A DNA stretch of 64,000 nt from Octopus vulgaris (GCA_951406725.2 OX597824.1:20646001-20710000); one strand, 5' to 3'; counted from the first letter of the stretch, positions 12,425 through 25,382 are shown. Notes: generated from the letters alone by a model not told the origin. Program-made: numbers and translations.

Positions 12425-13036
12425 TTCCATATTTTTGCACATGGCCACCAATCTTGGGTGAGCGGTAAGTCGATTACATCAACACCAGTGCTCAACGTGT
12501 ATTTATCTTCTCGATCCCGAAAGAACGAAAGGCAAAATCTACCTCGGCGGAATTTGAACTCAGTACATAAAGACAGACGAAATACTGCTAAACATTTTTT
12601 CCGGCGTACTAACGATTCTTATTCCTTTATGGCCCACAAGGGATTAAACACAGAGGGGACAAACAAGGACAGACAAAGGGATTAAGTCGATTGTATCGAC
12701 CCCAGTGGTTTACTGGTACTTATTTAATCGACCCCGAAAGGATGAAAGGCAAAGTCGACCTCGGCGGAATTTGAACTCAGAACGTAACGGCAGACGAAAT
12801 ACCTATTTCTTTACTACCCACAAGGGGCCAAACACAGAGAGGACAAACAAGGACAGACAAACGGATTAAGTCGATTATATCGACCCCAATGCGTAACTGG
12901 TACTTATTTAATCGACCCCGAAAGGATGAAAGGCAAAGTCGACCTCGGCGGAATTTGAACTGAGAACGTAACGGCAGACGAAATACCGCTAAACATTTTC
13001 GCCGGCTTGCTAACGATTCTGCCAGCTCGCCGCCTT
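12425..13036 (-). mobile_element. SINE family B multimer
   Basis: Repeated ~180-bp family B units; flanks share cactca(c/t)aaatatt. Confidence 0.85.
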
Positions 13037-13179
13037 ACACACTCATAAATATTAATACAAACGTAATATTTATGATTCAGCAGGAAAGAGTGTACACACA
13101 GTTAATGTGTACCCTACGTCAGTTTACATGGTTTTCATTTGCGATAAGAACAAGGTGTCATCCCCATATATATGTAGTT

Positions 13180-13645
13180 ATGTGAGTGGGTGAGTGAGTG
13201 AGTGAGTGAGCGTGTGTGTGTGAGTGAGTGAGTGTGTGTGTATGTGTGAGTGAGTGAGTGTAAGTGATTGAGCGTGTGTATGTGAGTGAGTGTGTGTGTA
13301 TGTGAGTGAGTGTGTGTGTATGTGTGTAAGTGTGTGTGAGTGAGTGAGTGTGTGAGTGAGTGAGCGTGTGTGTGTGAGTGAGTGAGCGTGTGTGTATGTG
13401 TGAGTGACTGAGTGTCTGTGTGTGAGTGAGTGAGTGTGTATATGTGAGTGAGTGAGTGAGTGATTGTGAGTGATTGAGCGTGTGTATGTGAGTGTGTGTA
13501 TGTAAGTGTGTGTGAGTAAGTGAGTGTGTGACTGAGTGAGTGTGAATGTGTGTGAGTGAGTGTGTGTGTAAGTGAGTGTGTAAGTGAGTGTGAGTGTGTA
13601 AGTGATTGAGTGTGTGTGTGTGAGTGAGTAAGTGAGTGAAAGTGG

Positions 13646-13712
<67 letters not shown>

Positions 13713-13732
13713 CTGTGTGTGTGTGTGTGTGT
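13180..13732. repeat. Complex (GTGA)n/(GT)n satellite
   Basis: Direct reading. Confidence 0.95.
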
Positions 13733-14171
13733 TGAGTACAATTTACTACGAAGTGAAACACTGTTTCGTCAAAAATCACTTGAAAATCACGTAGACGGAA
13801 TAAACAAAAATCGAAAGAGGTGAAACAGAATATCAGAAACATCGTCACAAACAATTAATGAACAATAAGAAGAAGAAGAAAATAGAAAAAACAAAAAATG
13901 GCTTCAGAAAAAATAATTTTACTCTTTATGTGACAAGAAATCAAATAAGCTGGATACAAAACAAATGAACCAAAACCAACAAAGCAGGATATCAGGATAG
14001 AAGACTTATCGAATCACAAAATATAAAAAAATATTTAGAAATAACAAAAGCGACATAAAAATTAACAGCAGCAAAGCCGAGCAATAAAAAAAGACCGTAT
14101 AAAAAAGGATTAGTAAATGACACGATGTAATCTCATAGTCAATGCCCTAATAATCCTTTCTACAGTAAGCA

Positions 14172-14694
14172 AACGGCCTGAAATATAGGGGAGGAGACTA
14201 GTCCATTACATGGACTCCAGTGTTTCACTGGTATTTAATTCTTCATTCCCGAAAGGATGAAAGGCGAAGTCGACCTCGGCGGAATTTGAACTCAGAACGT
14301 AGCGGCAGACGAAATACCTATTTCTTTAATACCCACAAGGGGCTAAACACAGAGAGGACAAACAAGGACAGACAAACGGACTAAGTCGACTATATTGACC
14401 CCAGTGTGTAACTGGTATTTATTTAATCGACCCCGAAAGGATGAAAGGCAAAGTCGACCTCGGCGGAATTTGAACTCAGAACGTCGGGGCAGACGAAATA
14501 CCTATTTCTTTACTACCCACAAGGGGCGAAACACAGAGAGGACAAACAAGGACAGACAAACGGACTAAGTCGATTATATTGACCCCAGTGTGTAACTGGT
14601 ACTTATTTAATCGACCCCGAAAGGATGAAAGGCAAAGTCGACCTCGGCGGAATTTGAACTCAGAACGCTAGAGATTCGGCCAGCTCGTCCACCT
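14172..14694 (-). mobile_element. SINE family B multimer (3 units)
   Basis: Three units; TSD-like tagtcaa(t/c)gccct(a/c)ataat on both sides. Confidence 0.85.
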
Positions 14695-14731
14695 TAGTCA
14701 ACGCCCTCATAATACTACTTACTAATGATAA

Positions 14732-15080
14732 AAAATACGAGCAAGAGCACGCAGAGAGCGCAAACCTCAGCCAAGGCAACACTAAAGTCCTCTCAACGAT
14801 TAGCCAGAGATGATTTTTAAAATGAGAATATCTGAAATAAACTCGACTGCTCTCACAAACGAGAATACTAAAAGTGAACCTGACCGCTCTCAAAAGTTGA
14901 GTAAAAAAAAACAAGAAAAAGAATCCAAAATCCTTGTCAGGGATCCGATCGATCTTAACACCTAATCAGTTCGTGTTAGTCACAAGGCTAACCGTTCCTC
15001 AAAGTTTCATCCGAATCCATCCAGCGGTTCTTGAGATATCTTGTCCACGGACAAACAAACACGGCTGAAAATAATACTCA
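14732..15080 (+). mobile_element. Helentron-associated (HINE/DINE-1-like) non-autonomous element
   Basis: caagagcacgcagagagcgcaaacctc...aaagtttcatccgaatccatccagcggttcttgagatat...cggacaaacaaacacggctgaaaa resembles HINE architecture. Confidence 0.45.
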
Positions 15081-15237
15081 TAATAATACTCATGATAAAA
15101 TAAAAAGGATCAACGGTCCTTCCAGATTCGTAGGCTCATAAGGCTAGTTTCGCGGTTTCGGTGGCGTATATATTGCCCCTCTGGACTTTTGCCAGCTGAG
15201 TGGACTGGAGCAACGTGAAACGAAGTGCTTTACTCAA

Positions 15238-15580
15238 GAAGGCGCATGGCTCAGTGGTTAGAGCGTCGAGCTTACGATCGTCAGGTTGTGAGCACGAATC
15301 CCAGACCGGGCTGCGTGTTGTGTTCTTGAGCAAGGCACTTTATTTCACGTTGCTCCAGTTCACTCAACTGTAGAAATGAGTTGCGACATCACTGGTGCCA
15401 AGCTGTATCGACCTTTGTCTTTCCCTTGGATAACATCAGTGGTGTGGAGAGGGGAGGCTGGTATGCATGGGCGACTGCTGGTCTTCGATAAACTACCTTG
15501 CCCGGACTTGTGCCTGGGAGGGTAACTTTCTAGGTGCAATCCCATGGTCATTCATGACCGAAGGGGGTCTTTACCCTTTA
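15238..15580 (+). mobile_element. SINE family D
   Basis: tRNA-like head ggcgcatggctcagtggttagagcg...cgaatccc; near-identical copy at 21338. Confidence 0.85.
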
Positions 15581-15584
15581 CATC

Positions 15585-16370
15585 TCAGAAATCACCAAGA
15601 AAAACAAATGCTTTGTAATCGATGTATCAATACCAACAGATGACAACTTATCTCTAAAAGAAATTGTGAAACTTTCAAAAATACAAAGATCTGGAAATAG
15701 AAGTAACTCGAACACAATACACACAGATAGAGAAATTAAGGTCAATGGGCCGGATATAGTTGTCAGAGATCATCAAGAAAAAATGATTTCTAATTGATGT
15801 ATCAATACCAGCAGATGACAACTTATCTCTAAAAGAAATTGTGAAACTTTCAAAAATACAAAGATCTGGAAAAAGAAGTAACTCGAACACAATACACACA
15901 GATAGAGAAATTAAGGTCAATGGGCCGGATATAGTTGTCAGAGATCATCAAGAAAAAATGATTTCTAATTGATGTATCAATACCAGCAGATGACAGCTTA
16001 TCTCTAAAAGAAATTGTGAAACTTTCAAAATACAAAGATCTGGAAATAGAAATAACTCGAACACAATACACACATATAGAGAAATTAAGGTCAATGGGCC
16101 GGATATAGTTGTCAGAGATCATCAAGAAAAAATGATTTCTAATTGATATATCAATACCAGCAGATGACAACTTATCTCTAAAAGAAATTGTGAAACTTTC
16201 AAAATACAAAGACCTGGAAACAGAGGTAACTCGAACGTGGAGTCTAAACACAGAAACAATTCCTATCATAATAGGCGCATTAGGTATGATAGAAAATTTT
16301 AAAAAAACATTCAGACAATTATGTATGTTATATATATATATAACATACAGAAAATAGCACTACTAGGCAC
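15585..16370 (+). pseudogene. Restriction-like endonuclease (RLE) domain of an R4/Dong-type retrotransposon, tandemly amplified (~175 bp x 3.6)
   Basis: Conceptual translation IHTDREIKVNGPDIVVRDHQEK..FLIDVSIPADDNLSLKEIVKLSKYKDLE...WSLNTETIPIIIGALGMI...IQKIALLG (PD..D..K motif); units at 15621, 15796, 15971 and 16145. Confidence 0.85.
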
Positions 16371-16625
16371 CGAAATGCGGAGTAGATGAAACAGAGACAA
16401 CTGAAGAAGGGGAATATTCTTTTTGTTGTATGTCTCGTTTCCCTTTTTCTTTTTTTTTTGTTGTTTGAAAAAAAAGTTCGTTTCTATGTTTTTGTTTCTA
16501 TGTTTTCGTTTCTCATTGAGTTCAACATCTGTACCCATATATGCATGTATATATACATATATGTGTAGGTATGTACATATATGTATGTATATATGCATAT
16601 ATTTATAGATTATTTAAATTATATA

Positions 16626-17017
16626 TCTTTTTATATAAAAGAGAGGTTGTGTGTCTGTCTCCTACGATTTAGATTCCTAACTACTCCCACATTTTGCGGT
16701 GCAGTTTAACCAAAACCGGGTATCTTATAGTCGTGATTCATATCGAGCCCTTCTGGGTATTAGCGCGCGTCTACGATGAGTCTACGATTTAAAAAAAAAT
16801 TACCATCATTTTTTCCATTTTAATGCATTTTTCGCTATTATATAAGGGAAGTAACTCTCTAAAAATGTCTACGATGAGTCAACGATTAAAAAAAAATTTA
16901 CCATAATTTTTTTTCCATTTTTAATGCATTTTTTGCTATTTTTTGGTTATAACTCTCTAAAAATGCTTATATAGTTATTTCCCTTAGAAAGCCGAGCAAC
17001 GCCGGGCGATACTGCTA

Positions 17018-17018
<1 letters not shown>
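16626..17018 (+). mobile_element. Non-autonomous Helitron H1
   Basis: A|TC ... hairpin CTAG|T. Confidence 0.85.
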
Positions 17019-17063
<45 letters not shown>

Positions 17064-17083
17064 GTATATATAAATATATATAT

Positions 17084-17114
<31 letters not shown>

Positions 17115-17315
17115 GGGATGCGTGTGTGAGTGAAAGAGAGAGAATTAAGTGTAATTTACTATTTGCCCCTTCGTGTGTCTATGAAGATGTACGGTTCGGT
17201 GTTTTTCAAACATAATTTATTAACCATAAGATGATCATAGCATTTCATAACAATGCGAACGGCAGTAACGGTTTTGTCAGAGGGGAAAATATAAAGAAAA
17301 GAAAACACTTAAGTA

Positions 17316-17431
<116 letters not shown>

Positions 17432-17526
17432 CACACACACTCACACTCACGCACTATTTGTTCGCTAATTTCTTCTTTTTCTGACCAGATACGATCGTTT
17501 AAAAAGAACGGAAGCAAAGCAATATC

Positions 17527-17570
<44 letters not shown>

Positions 17571-17605
17571 TCATAATAATAACAATAATAATAATAATAA
17601 TAAAA

Positions 17606-17657
<52 letters not shown>

Positions 17658-17808
17658 TAATAATAATAACAATAATAATAATAATAATAATAACAATAAT
17701 AACAATAATAATAATAATAACAATAACAATAATAACAATAACAATAATAATGATAATAATAATAATAATAATAACAATAATAATAATAATAACAATAACA
17801 ATAATAAC

Positions 17809-17857
<49 letters not shown>

Positions 17858-17883
17858 TGAATAATAATATTAATAATAATAAA
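17527..17883. repeat. (AAT)n/(AAC) trinucleotide microsatellite
   Basis: Direct reading. Confidence 0.95.
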
Positions 17884-18924
17884 TAGGGAAATTGGTCTAA
17901 AAAAATAAATACATAACGAAAGAAAATATCTTCTTTTCTCCAGACCAGAAATTAGGACTCTTTCAGTTTGCTCTAATTTCTTTAATATATGTTATATATT
18001 TTATTTTATTTTATTTTATTTACTTTTGTTGTTTTCTTCTTTAACCGGCAACAACTTGCTAGCGATTTTAATGAAGTAGACAACTCGAAGAACCAGGAAC
18101 TGAGTCGAGCTAATTTCAAACGAGTGCTGATATATGTTCACCAAACCGTTTCAGATCGGTTTGGCAGCGAGGGGGGTGAGTAGAAGTGGTAGGGTAGGGG
18201 GTGAAGAGGTGAAGTGTAAAATTAAAAAAACAAAGTACAAAAAAGAGAAAAAAAACTGTGAAAATAAGTGAAAAAAAACAATGGCTACAAGAGTGTGAGA
18301 AAGAAGAAGAACGTGTGAGGGGAAGAACTGATAGACAGACAGAAACCGACACAGAATGAAACGGATGAAGGAAACACTTAAAGAAGTTGAAAGATTTCCG
18401 GACTTGAAAATAAATTTGTGGGGCACAAACCATAAAGAGAAACAAAACATGACCCAGTTTATTTACGGTGTCATGATATTTGTTGTTGATTTTTGTTGTC
18501 TGACCTCAGGTCACAGAACTAAGGCCAAAGGTGGTCCGGCCGTTATCGTTATGTCTTTTCTTTACAGTTTATCTTACATCACATCGTCCAGCAAGACCAT
18601 TCTTTTGAGGGAGAGATTTCATTGCTATATCTAGTAGGTCGCGTGACCACGTAACAAATCCCTCCTCAAATGAAACGATTCCATACCTTTGATCAATTAG
18701 CTCTGACCTGGGGCTAAACAACAGCTTCATAATACTCTAATGGTAACGTAGGAACTTTACTGTTCCAAACAGACTGTAAAGAATTCATGAAGAAATATGA
18801 AAATGGTTAAGATAAAACCAGACCACACACACTCATATGTATGTTTACGTGCGTGTGTGGTTTATAAATATATGTGCTTATATATATTTTTGCATGTATA
18901 TATGAAAGATAGACCACACTATGC

Positions 18925-19440
18925 TTTTCCTTACTTCAGCTACAAGTCTTGTAACTAAAATCTTAAAATATTTGTTACAAAAACTTTTCCTTCAAAAATC
19001 ATAAATACCACAAGATATGTTAATAGATCTATAAACATTTCTTATTCAACAAGCCCAACATTACACAGTCTCTATTGAACAGGATTCGTATTAAAATGAA
19101 CCATTCCTTCTCGACCTAACCTTCCCAGCCCTGCATGCTCTTTCGGTTGCAAACATACTTCTGAAAGAAATAGTAATTAACACCAACGCAGTCTCGAAAT
19201 CATACATTGAATTAACAACAAATTGATTCAAAACACGTTACAACTAACACCTTTACACATTCCACAACTAAACCAGATATTTTGATACCACATTACCCAA
19301 ATTTATTTGGAATTTCATGATGAGGATTACAAATTTTTATACTAAACAGAAAGACATTTGTTTTACTAATGCATGCTCTACTAGACGACTTTGTAAATCT
19401 GAAATATACGAAATCATTCTCTCCTTAACCATAATTTGAG
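18925..19440 (+). pseudogene. Decayed Penelope-like ORF (linker + GIY-YIG endonuclease)
   Basis: Broken-frame translation FPS..HKYHKI.NRSINISYSTS, KSYIELTTN*FKTRYN*HLYTF, TTLPKFIWN, LCKSEIYEII resembles PLE motifs (KIFNR..KISYS, YIGLT..FK.RY..H, LSK.IW, C.LC..EK). Confidence 0.6.
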
Positions 19441-20412
19441 ATTTCTTTTTTTTTTTATTTGCACGCATTAGTATTTTAAGAGGCTATATTATTTCAAGTC
19501 TCTCAAATTCCTTAAGAGATAATATCAGTTAGAGAAAATAAAACTACTTTTAACACTCATTATAGTTTTTGACTTCTACAATAACATACCCATTTGCAAA
19601 ATTTATACATTTTCTGCTGTTTTGTTCCCTACGAATACATTCCATTTGAAGACTTTTTCTCAAATTTATTCATTCAAACAACGTCACTTTTCTTAACGAT
19701 CCATCTGATCGCCTTTAATATTGTCTTTATCCTACCCAACAACTGCTATTTTTCTGCTACTACCACTTCAGACTTTCTCTCACTTTCCTTTTTCCCTCGC
19801 GCCTTTCTAACCTCTCCACATACTTACAGAGCCATTTTTTTTCCTTGGGGTTCTTTTATTACAATTTCATAAATCGAAAGTTACTGCAATAGTGATTCTT
19901 TCCAGCTTAAATAATCATAAGTTTTGAGTTCCCTTTACTCCTTCTTATTCGTACCCACATGCAAATGTTTTTACACACAAACACACACACATATGAATAT
20001 ATGAACTATATTTTTAGAAAAGTGAAAACACTAAGCTAGTGTTTTATTTTTAATCTACACGCACCGCAAATTGAAATCTAGACTACAGACATCGCTCTGC
20101 ATTTTATCTATCTATAATCTGATATTCTTCAGCTGCAATCAACCAGCTAGTCTAAATCCCACGAGCGTCAATGTGCTGATCTGTCAAAAAGGAAAAAAAA
20201 AATAGTTAAGAAGGTGTTGAAGTTTATTGAAGATATCAGAAAGAAAGAGACATGTTTTGTCAGTGTATATATCCTTAAATAAATTCACACAGAATTGCTT
20301 CTGTCCGACAAAACAGAACAATAAATGTTTTATGTAAATAGATACTCGTCAATATTGACAATAACTCGCGAAAAATTGACTATATCTATCAATCTATATA
20401 TATATATATATA

Positions 20413-20720
20413 CTAGCAGTATCGCCCGGCGTTGCTCGGGTTTGTAAGGGAAATAACTATATAAGCATTTTTAGAGAGTTATAGCCAAAAAATAGCAAAA
20501 AAAATGCATTAAAAATGGAAAAAAAATTATGGTAAATTTATTTTTAAATCGTTGACTCATAGTAGACATTTTTAGAGAGTTACTTCCCTTATATAATAGC
20601 GAAAAAATGCATTAAAATGGAAAAAAAATGATGGTAATTTTTTTTTTAAATCGCAGACTCATCGTAGACGCGCGCTAATACCCAGAAGGGCTCGATATGA
20701 ATCACGACTATAAGATACCC
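20413..20720 (-). mobile_element. Non-autonomous Helitron H1, 5'-truncated
   Basis: CTAG end inserted in (TA)n; matches H1. Confidence 0.8.
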
Positions 20721-20835
20721 GCAAAGTCAACTTCGGCAGCATTTGAACTCATGAGGTAAAGATCCGGAAGAAATGCCCTTACCAGATTGTCCGGCGCACG
20801 CTATCTTGTTTCACGCGTAATATTCGATAAAATAG

Positions 20836-21260
20836 GAAGGCGGCGAGCTGGCAGAAACGTTAGCACGCTGGGCGAAATGCTTACCGGTATTTACGTTCTG
20901 AGTTCAAATTCTGCCGAGGTCGACTTTGTCTTTCGGGGTCGATAAATTAAGTACCAGTTGCGCATTGGGGTAGATCTAATCGACTGGCCTCCTCTCCAAA
21001 AATGTCGGGCCTTGTGCCTAGAGTAAAAAAGAATATTATAAGGCAGCGAGCTGGCAGAAGCATTAGCACATCAGGCGAAATGCTTAGCGGTATTTCGTCT
21101 GCCGCTACGTTCTGAGTTCAAATTCCGCCAAGGTCGACTTTGCCTTTCATTCTTTCGGGGTCGATAAATTAAGGACCAGTTACGCACTGGGGTCGATATA
21201 CCTTTGAAGACGGTGCCCCAGCATGGCCGCAGTTCAGTGGCTGAAACAAATAGAAGATAA
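20836..21260 (+). mobile_element. Two SINE family B copies with different 3' tails
   Basis: First ends ...gggccttgtgcctagagtaaaaaagaat; second ends ...cggtgccccagcatggccgcag...ctgaaac (family A/CR1 tail). Confidence 0.8.
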
Positions 21261-21337
21261 TGACCATTTTTCTTCTCCACCCTACACACCCCTTTCTGTC
21301 TATGCATTGTGCATTTGTGCATGTGTGGACCTTCTGT

Positions 21338-21675
21338 GAAGGCGCATGGCTCAGTGGTTAGAGCGTCGAGCTTACGATCGTGAGGTTGTGAGCTCGAATC
21401 CCGGACCGGGCTGCGTGTTGTGTTCTTGAGCAAGATACTTTATTTCAAGTTGCTCCAGTTCACTCAGCTGTAGAAATGAGTCACGACGTCACTTGTGCCA
21501 AGCTGTAATGGCCCCTTTGCCTTTCCCTTGGATAACACTGGTGGCGTGGAGAGGGGAGGCCGGTATGCATGGGCGACTGGAGGTCTTCCGTAAACAACCC
21601 TGCCCGGACTTGTGCCTGGGAGGGTAACTCTCTAGGTGCAATCCCATGGTCAGTGTCGTGACCGAAGTGGGTCTC
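21338..21675 (+). mobile_element. SINE family D
   Basis: Matches 15238-15580. Confidence 0.85.
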
Positions 21676-22160
21676 AGGACCTTCTGGTGGTCGGAGATGG
21701 GACCTGGTTGCGTAGCAAAATAATTCTACTGCATGGCAGATGTTGACTTCGTCTTTATCAGATATGTCCTCATCAGTTTGAATGGACTTCTCCACTGAAA
21801 AAAAGGGGGGTGTATGCGAGGGGGAAAACAAAACCAAGAAAAAACATTTAGACAATCTGTGTTCGAGTGTTAGGCTTCATGGAACGAAACCAAAAACATT
21901 ATCGAAACTAAGAGAAAAGTTATGAAAAGTGGAATTTCCTCGGCTCTGGCTAGGATAAATCATCTCTTAAAATTCGAAATATCTTCCCTGGGGAAAATAT
22001 GTTCCCCTTAAGTCAATCAGACGCAACAGCCTGTAAACCAACACATAAGAGACTTCCTTCCCAAGAGAAACTCACAGTTTTTGGTTTCATGACAGGAGTT
22101 TGTTAAAATGTAACATGATTCTTTCAACCCTTTATCATAGTCAATAACGTCAGCATCTTA

Positions 22161-22741
22161 AGGCGGCGAGCTGGCAGAAACGTTACCACGCCGGGCGAAA
22201 TGCATAGCAGTATTTCGTCTGCCGTTACGTTCTGAGTTCAAATTCCGCCGAGGTCGACTTTGCCTTTCATCCGTTCGGGGTCGATAAATTAAGTACCAGT
22301 TACGCACTGGGGTCGATATTATCGACTTAATACGTTTGTCTTTTCTTGTTTGTCCTCTCTGTGTTTAGCCCCTTGTGGGTAGTAAAGAAATAGGTATTTC
22401 GTCTGTCTTTATGTTCTGAGTTCAAATTCCACCAAGGTCGACTTTGCCTGTCATCCTTTCGGGGTCGATAAATTAAGTACCAGTTACGCACTGGAATTGA
22501 TGTAATCGGCTTATTCCCTTTGTCTGTCTTTGTTTGTCCTCTCTGTGTTTGGCTCCTTGTGGGTAGTAAAGAAATAGGTATTTCGTCTATTTTTATGTTC
22601 TGAGTTCAAATTCCGCCAAGGTCGACTTTGCCTGTCACCCTTTCGTGGTCGATAGATTAAGTACCAGTTGCGTACTGAGGTCGATCCAATCGACTGGCCC
22701 CCTTCCCAAAAATTTCGGGCCTTGTGCCTAGAGTAGAAAAG
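22161..22741 (+). mobile_element. SINE family B trimer
   Basis: One head and three body units, flanked by an 18-bp TSD aataacgtc(a/g)gcatctta. Confidence 0.9.
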
Positions 22742-22824
22742 AATAACGTCGGCATCTTATCACATTTTGGGTTAAGCTTGTCATAACCGCTGAAATATTA
22801 ATTCAATCAGTTTGACGGAACTAA

Positions 22825-23223
22825 TCTTTATATATAAAAGTGAAGTTGTGTGTCTGTCTACTCCGATTTAGATTCCTGACTACTCCCACATTTTGCGGTG
22901 CAGTTTAACCAAACCGGGTATCTTATAGTCGTGATTCATATCGAGCCCTTCTGGGTATTAGCGTGCGTCTACGATGAGTCTACGATTTGAAAAAAAAATT
23001 ACCATCATTTTTTTCCATTTTAATGCATTTTTTTCGATATTATATAAGGGAAGTAACTCTCTAAAAATGTCTACGATGAGTCAACGATTAAAAAAAAAAT
23101 TTACCATAAGTTTTTTTCCATTTTTAATGCATTTTTTTGCTATTTTTTTGGCTATAACTCTCTAAAAATGCTTATATAATTATTTCCCTTACAAACCCGA
23201 GCAACGCCGGGCGATACTGCTAG
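22825..23223 (+). mobile_element. Non-autonomous Helitron H1
   Basis: A|TC ... cccgagcaacgccggg ... CTAG|T. Confidence 0.85.
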
Positions 23224-23440
23224 TTGCCTATATGGCGGCCAATTGTTCCAGCTTTCTGAGTTCAAATCCAGCCGAGATCAGCTTCACTTAATACATTCTC
23301 GGTATTCTTACTCTGGCTCTGCCTCCTCTTTTTCTACTTCCTCATCTTCGTCTTCTCATTCATTTTCCTTTCCTTTTCCCCATCTCCTTCTTTCTAAACA
23401 ATTGGCTGCAGCTGACAAGATAATGATGAAGTTATCGTTT

Positions 23441-23479
23441 AATGATGGTGATGATGATGGTGATGATGACGACGACGAC

Positions 23480-23532
<53 letters not shown>

Positions 23533-23567
23533 CGATGAGGACGACGACAACGATGAAAATGATGATA
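23441..23567. repeat. (GAT)n microsatellite
   Basis: Direct reading. Confidence 0.95.
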
Positions 23568-24419
23568 AATAAAATAAACAAACAGAACAAATAAATAAAA
23601 TCAATAAATAAAATTAATAAATTCTTCGAAAGAAAGCAACGGGCAAACTCCTTCCTATTTCCCCACGAAAATTCCATGACAAGCACAATGAGGGTTGTTT
23701 GTTGATACAATGGCGAAAGGAAGGAAGGAAGGAAGGAAGGAAGGAAGGCAGTAAGGAAGTTGCCTATAAAACGGGTTCGTTAGCATGGTGAGTCATGTAT
23801 GCGATACAGTTATGATTTTCAATGAAACCTTTTTCATTTTCTGTTCGTCCCTCCTGTTGGATATTTTACACTGTAGTCAACAGCCTGTAAAGGGGTGTAT
23901 TCTAACAGTCTACTCATCTTCGACAAATTGCGCGAAGTCTTCTTTTCAATTCTAACCTTACAACAAAGAATTCGTTTTTATGATCAGAAGGCTTCTGGAT
24001 AAAGCCTTCATTCTTCCGCTCACCCGAACGCGAACGAAGAATTCAGCAAGACCAAAGGAAACACGATTCTAAATTCTAAAAAGACCAACTTTATTCGGAT
24101 AATTGATTTCTGATATTTACCACATATCTAAGATCCTTCTGAACAGAAAAATCAATAATCACATATTCTAGTTATTGTTGTTTAGCTCCAGTGATGTTCG
24201 ATCGAGCGTACCTATTACCACAGGCGTTCCAGCCGTAATCATCCAGTCGAAATTTCTGGTGTAACGTAATAGGGACTGCGTTATTTAAACGTGTCCTTTC
24301 TATTTGGTTGTTATTACTAGAAATCGAGTGACCACTCGTTATACATGCCAGTTTTACCTAAGCGAAGAGATGGATCAGGCCTGATCTGGGGTCACATAGC
24401 AACAGCAGCAGTAGCAGTA

Positions 24420-24788
24420 GAGGCGCAATGGCCCAATGGTTAGGGCAGCGGACGCGCGGTCGGAGGATCGCGGTTTCGATTCCCAGACCGGGCGTTGTGT
24501 GTGTTTATTGAGCGAAAACACCTAAAGCTCCACGAGGCTCCGGCAGGGGGTGGTGGCGACCCCTGTAGTACTCTTTCGCTCCAACTTTCTCTCACTCTTT
24601 CTTCCTGTTTCTTGTCCCCGACTTCCTACGCAACTGCTGAGCCTGGATGCGCATTTATCCATCCGTCGATGCTCTCGGTGACGGGGATTGACCTGCTTTC
24701 TCTTCTGCGGGTCTTACGAATAGCAAAGGACCACGTTTTGGACTTCTCCCATCTTGCGAGCTCTGGGACGAAGACCGTTCGCTCGCTC
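24420..24788 (+). mobile_element. SINE family C (variant tail)
   Basis: tRNA-like head ggcgcaatggcccaatggttagggcagcgg...ggtttcgattccc; diverges from the 61202 copy after ttcctgtttct. Confidence 0.85.
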
Positions 24789-25233
24789 AACAACAACAAC
24801 AGCAACAGCAATAGCAGCAGCAGCAACAGCAACAACAACAACAATGGGTAATCAGGACTGTCCCGAATCTTCACACCAACAACAACAACCGTAATCAATC
24901 AGACACAATTCTAGAGTTGCTGGACATCAACTGTGGTCTGTCAGGGATGGCCCGGGGCTTGCACAGGGTTATAACAGCAACATTAATCATTACAAAAGCC
25001 AGGGAACTACTTAATTTAACAAATGGAAATGTTTCAAATCGGTGACAAATAAGACAACATTGACTGATGTATCGATCTGGCGATAGATTCTAAAGAGATC
25101 CGGTTCCTGACTGGATTTGGAACCGTTTCTTATTCAACATCAAAGTCCCTCTCTCTTTGAAAAAAGCAGTTAACAACAATGGCTTCTTAATTTTCTTTCC
25201 CTTACATTCACAAATATCCAACAACTAATCATT

Positions 25234-25265
25234 CTGATGATGACGATGATGATGACGATGATGAC

Positions 25266-25319
<54 letters not shown>

Positions 25320-25346
25320 CGTGATGATAATTACAATGAAGACGGC

Positions 25347-25382
<36 letters not shown>

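Noticed and set aside
15238-15310. tRNA-like sequences (also 21338, 24420, 41111, 61202)
   Set aside because: They are SINE heads with A/B boxes, lack a proper acceptor stem, and continue into SINE bodies.
15585-16240. CRISPR-like periodicity here and in the SINE B arrays
   Set aside because: Units are fully repeated with no unique spacers; the context is eukaryotic and there are no cas genes.
16398-16437. gagaca-a-CTGAAGA...ta-tgtctc hammerhead-like bracket
   Set aside because: Stem I and the 5' core are present but no GAAA is found.
17605-17886. Poly-N ORF (also poly-D 23243-23572 and poly-M 25237-25662)
   Set aside because: Trinucleotide microsatellites with no splice context or domain.
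18420-18480. TTTATGG/TTTACGG homeodomain-like sites (also 11835 and 48563)
   Set aside because: Short motifs expected by chance in AT-rich DNA; conservation data would be needed.
21740-21800. CTGATGA on the minus strand
   Set aside because: No closing stem II or stem I.
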